From: an uncultured Planctomycetales bacterium
Lineage (GTDB): Bacteria > Omnitrophota > Gorgyraeia > Gygaellales > JAHJCI01
Direction: 5' to 3'
Assembly: GCA_964592485.1 (NCBI GenBank)
Contig: CAZQEY010000003.1
Coordinates: 12,218 to 76,217, forward strand
DNA: 64,000 nucleotides
A program made the translations under genes and the position numbers. Below the pieces are notes generated by a model. It worked only from the letters and a program-made list of their open reading frames with translations, did not search any database and was not told the origin of the DNA. How positions within the stretch are numbered: the first letter of the stretch is position 1; the number at the start of each line of letters is the position of its first letter. Positions 12,001 to 24,000 of this stretch are shown one piece after another.

Positions 12001-15000
12001 AAAACAGCTATTCTTACTCTTTGGCATATCATTGAAGCAAGGCAGGATAGTAACAGAGAGAGTCTCATCGCATTTTTTGAAGATATCAGCCAAGAGCTTA
12101 CGGAATTAGAATTTGAAAGCTTATTAGATATATTGGCAAGCTCCTCATTTACTAATCAAGGACGCTATGCTCTTAATCGCCTTTACCTAGATAGATTAAC
12201 AAGCACAAACCCTAAAGTTAAGATTGAAGTCGATGAGCGCATATTGGAAGCGGATAATATTGTTTTATACCTTGAAATTATCAAAAGGCAGCTTTCTCGG
12301 ATAAGTCAACCGGACAGTCTGAATTTAGAAATTGTATTCCTGAATAGCCAGGGCGCATTTAAAGACAGAGTGTTGGAAAGCGGGGTTGTTCTGCGTAGAT
12401 ATGGCGTTAATGGACCAAGGCAAATTTTGATTAATGTAGCTGCATTTAAACATGATGGTGCTTTTCTAGTTGATATCAAAGAACTTTTCGAGAAAGAGAT
12501 GGTAGGGATAGTTAATCAATGCATTAAAGATGAAGGCTGGGATTTTGAGTTCGCTGATACAGGAAGAACAACTTTAGAAGACTTTGTTCCTTTAAATGAA
12601 AGTCTTATCTGGAATATTAGTAACCTCTATTGGCAGTTGATAGGAAAGGATTCTTTTGCGGATTCATCCGACGAATTTTTCCCTGACTTTTCGATGCATT
12701 TAAAGAAGGTATATAGAGGGTTATATGTTGATAGAGCATTTGCTGATGCATGTGCCCAGAAACTATTTAATTACCTTTGCGAACTGGAGAAGTCAAATAA
12801 TTTACCAGAAGACATTATCATTCAAGAATGGGGAGCAGGGGAAGGGACATTTGCCGGCATGTTCTTAGATGCTATAAAACAGTTGAGTGAGAAAAAAGTA
12901 GAACAAAAAGGTGGAATAAACTTCTACGAAAGATTAACTTACGTGATGGGCGATATATCTACTAAGATGTTAGAAGATATTCGTGATAGAGAGTGGTATC
13001 CAGAACATAAAGACAGGATAGAATTTTCGGTAATGGATGCAGCAAATCCGTCTAGTCGTTATCAGGGCAGGACGTTGTTGCTAATAAATAGCTATCTATA
13101 TTGTGTAATGCCAGCACGGGTAATTGCAAAGAAGGATGGCCGTTTTTATGAGATGTATGCAAGGACATATCTTAATAACGAAATTGTAATTAAAACTCAG
13201 AATGGAGAAAAGGTCTCAGCAGATGAATTTAAAGATATATTAATAAACAGAGATATTCAGAGGCTGTCAAACTTAGACCCTTATTTCTGGGGTGCACTAA
13301 ATTACCAAGAAACGTACAGAGAGATTAATCTTGGAGATTATGCTTGGGGCAATTGTGTGGCAGAAGTGACAAAGGATAGAGAGGATTGCCGTATTCCGGT
13401 TAATGTTCAGGCATTGGAAAGCTTAGAGAAATCTCTGGACTTATTAGATAGAGAAAGAGGCAGGATTTGGATATTCGAGTTGACTCTGTCAGAAAATATG
13501 CTGAAGAGCCCGCTTACCGGGCCGATGAACCTAGGACCTACGCTTGCTATACCTGTAAATACATCCTCGTTGGAGTATGTAGTAAATAAGAAAAATGGGT
13601 GGGAACTTACAATTGCTCCATCAACAGCATTTTTGCAAGAGGAACGAGCCAAATTGTATACCTATATTGAGATAAAGCCGAATAATGGCAGAAGATATTT
13701 AGAGGGCTGGGATGGGAAAATAGAGATAAGTATTCCCCAGGATTGGGATCACATGGTAGCCAGTACTCTCGGTAGATTTAAACCATTATTCATAAAGGAG
13801 GCAATAGAGGATGGTTTAACCAGAGAAAGCGGAAGATTTCTGACAGAGGTCTTTGTTAAGATGGGAATAGAGCCTAAACAGGTTGAGTTTATAAAGCTCT
13901 CATTAGCCCAGGAAGGCCCTTCATATGGAGTATTCCGTGCCGAAGTAAAACTTAATAACGGAGAGGTTAGGTGTTTTGGGCTGAATGTAGTCTTAAATGA
14001 CGGTCTAAATAAAGATTTAGAATTAGATTACCAGAATTTAGCCTTTTTATATGAGTTGCAGAATGGAATCGGATTAAAATTTGTTTCTCAACCTTTCTCT
14101 ATGGGGAGAGGGCGATTCAAGATTAAGTCAGGCGAAACAATAGAGATGGCCTTCTTTGCCATTGAGTGGTTAAGTGATTTTATGGAATTACATAAATATA
14201 GATATATCAATGAAGGAAAATTCTACCTATTATCAAATTATATTCGAGGAAAAACAAATATATATGAGAAGTATCTTAATGAACAGGAATCCGCTTCCAT
14301 AAGAAAGAAAATAATTGCGCTATTTACATTAATCTTTGCCTCGACTTTTGAAGAGGATAAGGGCGGGTTGGTCATTAAAAGGTTTAATATAAACAACGGC
14401 GATATCATGGTTCGTGACCAAGGAGAAGGAAATTCTGATGTTTGCCTGGTTGCCGCACGTGAATTGATTAGATTGAATAACCCTAAGGAATTTATTGATT
14501 ATTTACTGGGATATGAAAATACAGAGTTTGTAGCAATAGACATACTGGAAGGGGGAAATGTAGTAGTAAGTAGGACTGAGAGATTCAAGCTTTATGAGGA
14601 TGTATCAGAGATAAGAGAAGGTATAATTGATGGATTAGTCAGGCTCTATGGAGAAAAGGACGGTCAGGATTTAGCTCAAGCGTGGTTTGATGATTATTCC
14701 GGCGATAAATTTGGTTTAAGTTTAGGCAGAAGCAGAGAACGGGTAGCCCATTACAGTGATGGAGAGAAGGCGCGGCAGAATAATGAATCGAAGCCGATAT
14801 TTATTGGAGAATTTGAAAAATATATTCAGATGGAACCAGATAAATTTAGAAAGGTAATTTCGCAGTTACAGTCAGAGCCATTGAATATTCAACAAGAAGA
14901 AGAGGTTAGTCGATTTTGCAATGCACTTATTGAATTGATGATGTTAAAGACGCAGTATCGGCAAGATTTAAGAGAAAATAAAGAGTCCCGGCTCTGCGAA

Positions 15001-18000
15001 ACCTATAATGAACAAAAGGCAAACGAGGTATTACTTAAATATGGATTTGATGTACGGATTAATACCGAGTCTCACCCACTGCCTAAAGATATTAGTGACA
15101 TTAATCCATTACTTAGGGAACAAATGCCTTCATATCATAAATACCTTGTTGTTAAAATTGCTGGTTATGACTTTGTTATTGATTTAACCGCCGACCAATT
15201 TGAGCCGATTAAAAAAGATGTATACCGCAATTTGGGAGTAGTGGTCATTCCATACAGTATTGTTCTAAATAATTCTGAGAGATTCTGGATGTATCTTGGT
15301 GGGGTGCATAATCATGTAGAATGGAATCAAGGAAAGGATTTCTCACTTCCTGACTCAGCAGAGGCACACTTTAACAAAAATAGTAGAGGAAAGAAGCAAA
15401 ATAAATTTAGTTTGACAAAACCAGTTGGAATAGATTCCTTGAGAGAAAGATTAAGAAAAAGATTGGAGAACGATTCGCTATACTTATTGACCGGCGATAT
15501 GGCAGAATGGGGAAGAGAAGAATTCGAAAAAGTCGAGAAGATGAGCAAAGAAGAAATTCTTAACGAGGCTACCCGGCTAGTAAGAGAGATGGGGTACCTT
15601 GACTTTGATGCTTCTCAGATGCTTAAGCATAAAGCGGGCGTTCAATTACTATGGGATGATATCCTTGCTCAATCTATATTCGCGCTGGATTCCTTGGGTG
15701 AATTATACCAGAGGGAAGAGGCAGGGGTGTCTGATGAAACAAGGGGAAAAATAGAAACAACCACTAAACGGTCAGTATATAGACATGAAATCTTAATCAG
15801 GGCCTGGAATATTGTTATTGAGTCGCAAGATACTAATATATCTAAAGGTGAAGGGGTGCTTAGTTTAGAGCTCCATGATGAGGTTAATGAGGTTGTTAGA
15901 ACAGCTTGGAATGAGAAAGAAGGCAGAATTGCTTGGGGAGAGAGTACTGATTGGCCAAAGGCAGAGGAGGATGGGATTGCTAAGGCAAATGGGGCTGTTG
16001 CAATTTTAAAGGAGAAAGATATAAAAGTAAAACTGCCTAATAAACTGGGTAAGCTAAAATTAGCAGAAGAAATAGAGACAGAAGAGGCAGGGAAGAAAAT
16101 CAATGTTATTTTTATTATAACACCTGACCAATCTGCTGCGCTTATCTTGAAGGGGCCCTATACCTATCAAGTCTCCCACGCAGGAGTGAGGTACAGTTCC
16201 ATCTACATCGCTCAGCCATTTTATAAAGAACTTACTGAGAATGAGCTCGCTGGTCTCATCGGCCGCGAAATAATAGAGCAATCTGCCAAGAGAATTGCCC
16301 GAGAAAAAGGCATTCCTTGGAGTGATTCTCTTGCCAAGGCAGTAGAGAAAGCGGCTCAAAAAGCGGAGATTAAACTTTGTGGCAGGAGTGTCAATAGTAG
16401 AGAAAGAAGTCGAATAGACGATAAGATAGATACAATAGTCCGCTTGCCTTCACTTAGGGTATTGGCTGAGAAGGCCAAGATGCAGGAACCAGAGAAGATT
16501 CAACCTATTCTATTTATGGCTCTAAGGGATAGGTCTCCTCTGTTGCGTGATGAGGCAAGACGGATTTTAACTGAGATATTTGGTATGGAGGAGAAAGACC
16601 TCAGGTTAGTAGAATACAGGAAATTGTTAAGACCTATGGACCTCAATATCTACTTTAATCTTAGATATAGCGATGGTGGCAGCGGTCTTAAGGCAGGAAA
16701 ATATTTTAAAGAACCCAAGTTTAAAGGACTGGCATTAGTTATTCCTATGGGAGGCCGTAAGCCCCTCAGGCCAGATACTGGAGAACGCGCTATTTTAGTA
16801 GCAGAGAAGGAAGTAACGATAGGTGGGCGCAGGCTAAAGGCAAGGGTTTATAATTTTGTTTACCGATATAGTGATTCGGTAATTAATACGCCTTTCATTC
16901 CTCCGCAGGGGTCTCACCTGTGGGACGCCGAGCATGCGACAGTATTCACTGATGAGAACGAACAAATCGTGAAGGTAGAAACTGGTTATCACAACAGTTT
17001 CTACCTCTATTATCCAAAGGCTCTCCAGTTCGATGCTCAGGGCAGACTCTTGGTCTTTAGTGCCGCGGGTTCTCAGGGCTCGGTAGCAAATACGCGGGAT
17101 TTTATTTTTGACCTTGATAGCGCCAGAAGTAACTTCCGGAACCCCCAAGTTTTCTGCAGCGAAGATTATGCAGTGAGTTTAGGAGAAATCGACTTCTCTC
17201 TGGCTTCTGATGATGGGAGGCATTTTACCAATACCGATATTCTCCTGCCGCCATTCAAAGAGTATGTCCTTAATCCGGAATCGATAAAACCCACGGCTGA
17301 ATTTAAGAGACTAAGGAGAGCGACGATAAAAAAATGGATTCTCATTTTGCGTGCTTCTCTGGATTCCCTGCTGCGTCCATTAAGGTCCCTTGCGAAAAAG
17401 TTTTCTGGGCAGGGGGCTGAGGGTGAGAGAAAGCTCCAGGAGCAAGTCCTGAAGGCATTAAGAAAGGAGAGCAAAAAGGCAACAGGAACAGAAATGTTAA
17501 GCCTGTCAGAAATTGCAAGCAGGGCAGGTATCTTGGGTTACAAGCCTGTTGAGCGAGTTAGGGAGGCTGTAAGGGCCCTTATGTCTGAAGGGTTGGTTAT
17601 AGAGGTAAAGGTAGGCGGAAAGAAGGGATATTATCTCAAAGGAGCTAAGAAGCTCATTCCCTTAAAAGGCTCAATAGCAGAGTATATATTGCTTTTGTGG
17701 AAGTTCAGAGACGAGCTGAAAGGTAGGGCAATCTTGCAATCTGAGCGAGAGAATAATATTATTGGCGATAAGGTAATAAGTTATGAGACCGCCAAACAAC
17801 TAAAAAGAGCCTTGCAGTTATTGGATTTGCTTGATGAGAAGAATAAAATCACCGCTAAACTCCTGAGCATTACCGAAGAACAAATAAGACAAATCCCCAG
17901 TATCGATGAATTAAATAGGTCGCCTCTAAGAATAATCAACTTAAAAAAGCATAAAAACTCATTTGATAAACTTACCCAGCGTATTGATGAGCTATTAGGA

Positions 18001-21000
18001 GCGGATAGCAATCTTTCAGAAACAGCAGAATCAGATGCTCAATTAAAGAAGATTGCCGAGGCAAAACCCTTTTATATCTTTTATAAAGATGGCAGGTTCC
18101 ATCTCGAAAAGTTAAATCTGCCAAGCTGGAGGCGCGATAAAGATTATATAGAACAAGGGGAAGACCTTTTAGGTCGCCCTTTTGGCTTAAGAGGCATTGC
18201 CGATTTCACTAACGCATTTTTTAAGGAAAATGTAGAGCCATTTTTAAAAGAACATACTCTTCCTCCCTTGGGGGATTATTTAAAAGGAGAGGATGTGTTA
18301 ATCCTTGGCAGCGGCGCCAATATATACGAAGTCCTTTACTTTGCAGAGAACTTCCCGATGATAAGGAAAATAGTGGTTTGCGACTGGAGTAAAAGAGGTA
18401 TTGCAGGCCTCTATCACCTTTTATCTGGGTATCCGGCGGAATTCAAGGAGAAGGTCGAACTTTATTGCATAGATATTAAGAATACACCCTTTCCTTCGGG
18501 AAGGTTTAATCTAGCCTTCGCCGATAATACCCTTAGTCGTGATTTTCAATCAGCGGAAGCACGCAGCGAGATGATTAGAGAGATCTCTAGGATATTGAAG
18601 CCCGGGGCCATATTCTCCCCATGGGCAGTTTTACCTCCGTATAATATTGAAGCCTTATGTCAGGAAAATGGCATTGACCTTGTTAAGGTAGATGAAAAAA
18701 GCGGAGATTTTGTTGGTATAAAGGCAGATATGAATATGAATAGGGCTGCGAAGAATGTCTCCCGCAAATGGCCGCAGAGGGTTCCGGAGAAAAGGAGAAG
18801 TAAATATGTTAACCAGCCTGCTTATGAATATAGAGTGGTAGATGGCTCTAGATTGCAAAGACCAATACAAGATGAATCAATAAATCTGTCTCAGAAAGGG
18901 CTTAGAATAAGAGAAGACATTTTAAAAAGATTCTTAGAGTTAATAACCAGAATTGCTTATCCTAATGCTCCTCCGTTTACCTTAAGCATTGACCCCTCAA
19001 TTCCTACCTATGCTCAAACAGAAATAGAAAATAGAAAGGTTATTCTACACCCTGCGTGGTTTGAATTACCCACTTTCAAACAATTCATAATTCTCTATCA
19101 TGAAATAATCAGCCATCTTAAAAAACAGATATCTTCAGAATTCCTCGCCCTCATCCATACATTCTTAAGCTTGATTCCTTTTGGGATACTCAGGTTAGCA
19201 ATCCAGATGATGAGCGTGAGGAAAAAGGAAGAAGTTACCGATTATGAATTGACTAAGATTACTGCAAGAGCAGATGAGGCCGCAAAGTTTATTATCGACC
19301 ATAATTTTATGAGTCTTAATAAGGTAAGATATCTTCTGGCAATAGGAGCAATGTTGCCAAAAAATAATCAAAAGAGAAGGTGTCTATATATTGCCTCGGG
19401 AGGAGATTACTCAACAAGTCAAATAGTATCCAAAGCTATAGAAACTATTTGTATAGATAGGCTTCCTTTTGAACCATCAGAAGGGTTATCTGAAAGAAAA
19501 TTAAATTCCTATAGAAAAGCATATCTGAAGAAAAGATATTATGGAAACTTTGCTTCTTCAAAACGAGGCGCCAGAAGTTCATTATTAAGAGAGATAGGAG
19601 CTAAGCAATATTTACTCTGGGAGCTCGAAATGATGGGCGCAAGAGAAATTGTAGTAGTATCTGATACTGATACTAAGATAAATAGAATCAGTTTCCTGCT
19701 TCCCGGAGAATCAATAGAAAAAAGCATTATTTATCTTGAGAAGGACTTCTGCGACATAGAGGCAAATCCGCAGACATTAATTGCCCTTATTCAGAAAGGA
19801 TTGGATTCCTGCATTTTGAAAGCCTCTGACGGATTACGCATATCCGGTCCAATTGCCGATATGATAGTTACTCACATGAATCCAGGAGGAATGTTCTTCT
19901 TGGATAGAGCTACTTTTGACCATCCTAATCTTGAAGAAATAGACGAGAGAAGAATGAAGGAGATTAGGTATTTTGAAGGTATGGGTTATGCCTTTGGGTA
20001 CCATAAAATTTCCTTAAAAGTTGCTAATCGCTCTAAGGATGCGGACAGCAGTCCTTCAGAGGTAGGAGAGTCAGATGCTCAATTAAAGAAGATTCCCGAG
20101 GCAAAATCCTTTGGCGGGATATCACCGCTAAGACAAAGACAGTCAGAAGTTGCGCAGCAGAGCAAGAACGATTCAAAGCGTAACTTCTGGAGAATAGTTA
20201 AGAAATTACTGCCTTTCATTCTGTTGCTCCCGATTATGCCTGGTTTAATGGTAAATACTTCAGGCGCAGAAGAATCTAATTCAGTTCTAAAAGACAGTTC
20301 TGAACTGGCAAGATCAGCAGACAAGCTAGCCAAATTGCTTTATGAGTTAACCGGTATAGAAAAGGCCATCTGGCAAAGGGCATTGAGAAAATTTACCATT
20401 GAAGAGATTACTCTGTTAAGCAGGAGGATTAATTCTCACGGCCTATTTAATTCTTTATTAATCCTTTTCTGTTTGGATAATTATATCAATGAAGAAAAAT
20501 ATGAAACAGAGGAAAATGAATCTGTAGGGGCTTTGGTGCTGGTGTTAAATTATTTCACAGAAAAGGATATTGAAAAATTTATTCTTGAGAAAGAGCATAG
20601 AGAAGATTTTGAACAGGTTAAGCGCTTATATATATGGGATCAATGGGAAAGGATAATAAGCGGAAGATACAGTGAACAATATACCTCTGATGAAATTGCT
20701 AGGGAGAGTGGAGTAAGGCAGGATATTATCAAGCGTTATAGAGATTTAATTCGAAGGCATATTTTGCGGATGCAGAAATTTGATTGGGCTGTTGGCTGCA
20801 GGGAACGCATTCGCGCCGAGGGCAGACTTAGAGGATGGAATGAAGAGCAACTGCGAACAGAATTAGGGATTATCCATAAGGGGGTTACCGGCTGGACAGG
20901 CAGAAGGATTTGGCCTGTTTACGTTAAAAGAGCTGCTGAGATATTTGGGAAAGAAGTCAGCTTCTTAATGTACGGGGAAGCAAAATCAGTTTTATTCAAG

Positions 21001-24000
21001 GGATTACCCTTTAATAAGCGGTTTGAGCTATTAAGATACGAAAAGGGTTTAACCCGCGAGGAGTTAGCAGGACAACTTGAGATTGCTACTGATAAAGTAA
21101 TCTCTTGGGAAAGCGCAAAAAGCAAGCTTAGCCTTGAAAGCATACGCTTATTATCAGAGAAATTCAATTTAGAAGTCAGCGAGCTTATCTATGGTTTAAA
21201 GCGAGCCGAGGCATTAAAGATATTTCCACTTGGCAAGCGCATCCAGCTGTTAAGGCTTGAGAAGGGATGGACCATAGAAGAGCTGGCAGTCAGATGCGGG
21301 GTTAGTCCCTCAACAGTGAATCGCTGGGAACGGGGGCCACGAGAGCCTCTTCCTGAAAATATACAGGCCCTAATAGGAGCTTTAGGGGATGAACTTTTTG
21401 GTAGAGAATTGAATAAATCTAAAAAGAGGAAGGAGGCTACTTTACCGCAAAGAAGAGACGGGTTGAATCGAAAAAATACAAAGAAAAGGATAATCCTTAC
21501 CAACATAAAGATAGGAGTTGTCAAAGAGATTATTGAGGGTGAAAAGAGGGTGGCTCTTACGCCAAGAGAAGTAGAGATTCTGGTAGGAGAGGGTTTTGAT
21601 GTTACTGTTGAGGCTGGAGCAGGTCAGGCTTGCGATTTTTCCGATGAGGACTATTTAAAGGCCGGCGCTAAGATAGGGACAAAAGATGATGTATGGAGCA
21701 AGGATTTAATTGTTAAGGTAAAGGAACCGCAAGAAGAAGAGATGCAGTTTATCAAGAATGGCCAGATTATATTTGCTTTCTTGCATCTGGCAGCGCCGGT
21801 AAACAGAATCTTAACCGAGACTTTCATGAAAAAGGGAGCAACTGCAGTCGCCTTTGAGACTATAGTAAAAGAAGAGAAAGCGCCGATTTTGGCAGAGATG
21901 AGCAAGATTGCTGGGCCCCTGGCAGCAGAGCAAGGGCAGTTTTATTCCAAGAAGGAAAAGAGCAAATTCATAATCTTAGGCGGCGGGGTAGTGGGTCAGA
22001 ATGCAGCTGAACGAGCCAATCAATTAGGTAATGAGGTAATTATCATTGAACTGGATGCGCAAAGAAGAAAGGAACTCAGGAGCTATTTCCGGTCAAAAAG
22101 GCTCAATATTATTGTTAAGGAATCTTGGGCTGATGCGAAGAAAATTGCGCAAGACTTATTCAGGGACTTACAGAATGCAGATGTGATTATCGGAGCGGTT
22201 TATAATAAACAAGGTTCTCAGGCGCCGATTTTAATTGATGAGGAACTTCTTTCAAGGCTAGGTGGAAGTAAGGTAATCGTTGATGTCTCGGTGGACCAGG
22301 GCGGGAATATTTATGGCTCAAGGCCAACCACTCTTGAGGAGCCGACCTTTATCGATAAATATGGAAATATACGCTTCTGTGTCCGTGATATACCATCTTT
22401 GAAGGCAAAAGAGGCTTCGATTGGTTTAGCGGCAGCTGTTCTTCCTTATGTTAAGGCTCTGGCAGCCACAGGATTAGAGGAGGCAGTTAAGGATTATCCT
22501 GAATTAACCGAGGGGATTAACATTCTTCAAGGCAAACTACTTAACAGGGCTGTTGCCAAAGCACATAATTTTAGCGAGCAACTAAATTTGGATCTTGAGG
22601 GGTTTGGGCTTGACTTGCGGATAAAGATTGGCACAAGCCAGGATTTAAGATGGGATGCCAAGTTAGATTTAATCAGAGATTATCAGCACCTGGAAAATCT
22701 TATCCTGGACCCGGCAAAAAGGATTTTCTGGGTAGATGACCATCAGTTTTCAGCCCTTGGTGCCTGGCTGGCGCTGAGATTGGGTTGGATTAAAAAGAAA
22801 AGCAAGGCGATTATTATTGATTCGCATTGGGATGTTAAGAATCCAGACTTTAAACCAAAGAAAGATGCCTCATTAGAATACTTAAGCGATTATGTAAAAC
22901 GGTTAAATATCAATAATTGGCTGATGCCTTTAGTTTATGACGGAGTAATTGATGAGCGAGAGATTTATATAATTGATAACAGGGTTTCGGAAGAGCCACT
23001 AACCCAGACTTTTAAATATTTTGATAAGGATATCAATATTCACATGTTTAATCTCGCTAATTTCCCAATGGAATTATTAAAAGACACACCGCAGGATCAA
23101 TTGATGTTATTGATTGACGCTGATAAAAATACACCTGATTATTACCTGGACCAACTTTCCCCCTTGGTAGATTCACCGGTTGAATTTGCTTCTAAAATGA
23201 GGCCCTTTATGGAAAAGGCTGGTTTTATGAGTCTATCCCTAAGTCCTTATTGGATTAACCCCGTAGATGCCTTGAATTTCGCCTATGCTTTAGATGGAAG
23301 AGAAGACTTATTGCTTGAGGATGAGGCACGCTTGAAAGAATATAAACGCATTGGTTACAGCCCTCATATAAAGATGGATTGGGCTACCCATGGGATGTTG
23401 GAACAACCCGATGCGTTTCGGCTAATTGTTTCCCGGTTCGGTATAGGTTCACTTTCTAGATATGGATTGAGGAGATTGAAAAAGCTTTCCAGGGTCAAAG
23501 GGATAGGGAGGATACCGCGATTCGAACTATGGGCATACTTAGATTGGTATACGCCGGAGGAGATAGGCGTGGTACTTAAGAACTATGGACCCGAAGGGCT
23601 AATTAAATATTTTACTGCCCAGGATAAGAAGTCGTATCAAGTCTGGGAAAACCCATTTTATAACCCGGAAGATTTCACTCTTGTTGCTCAACCAGGTGTG
23701 GCATCGTCATTCCCCGCCCTTGCCAGATTGGTGAGACAATATCGAGCAACCAAGGCACTCCAACCAGAGGAGATTAGCCCGGAGCAGATTATCTCTGGAC
23801 ATAGGGGTAGGCAATATCGGGTATTTTCTAAGCTTAGAGATGAATCAGAGAGGGGGGCTAACAGTGATATTTATTTGGCCGTGGATTTAAAAACCAACAG
23901 AACAGTTATCGTGAAGGAAACAAAACCGAAGTTTAAGGGTAGAGGGATTCGTAGTGAGCGCTGGATAGCGGATGAACGGCGAGCCCTGCATAGGAATAGG

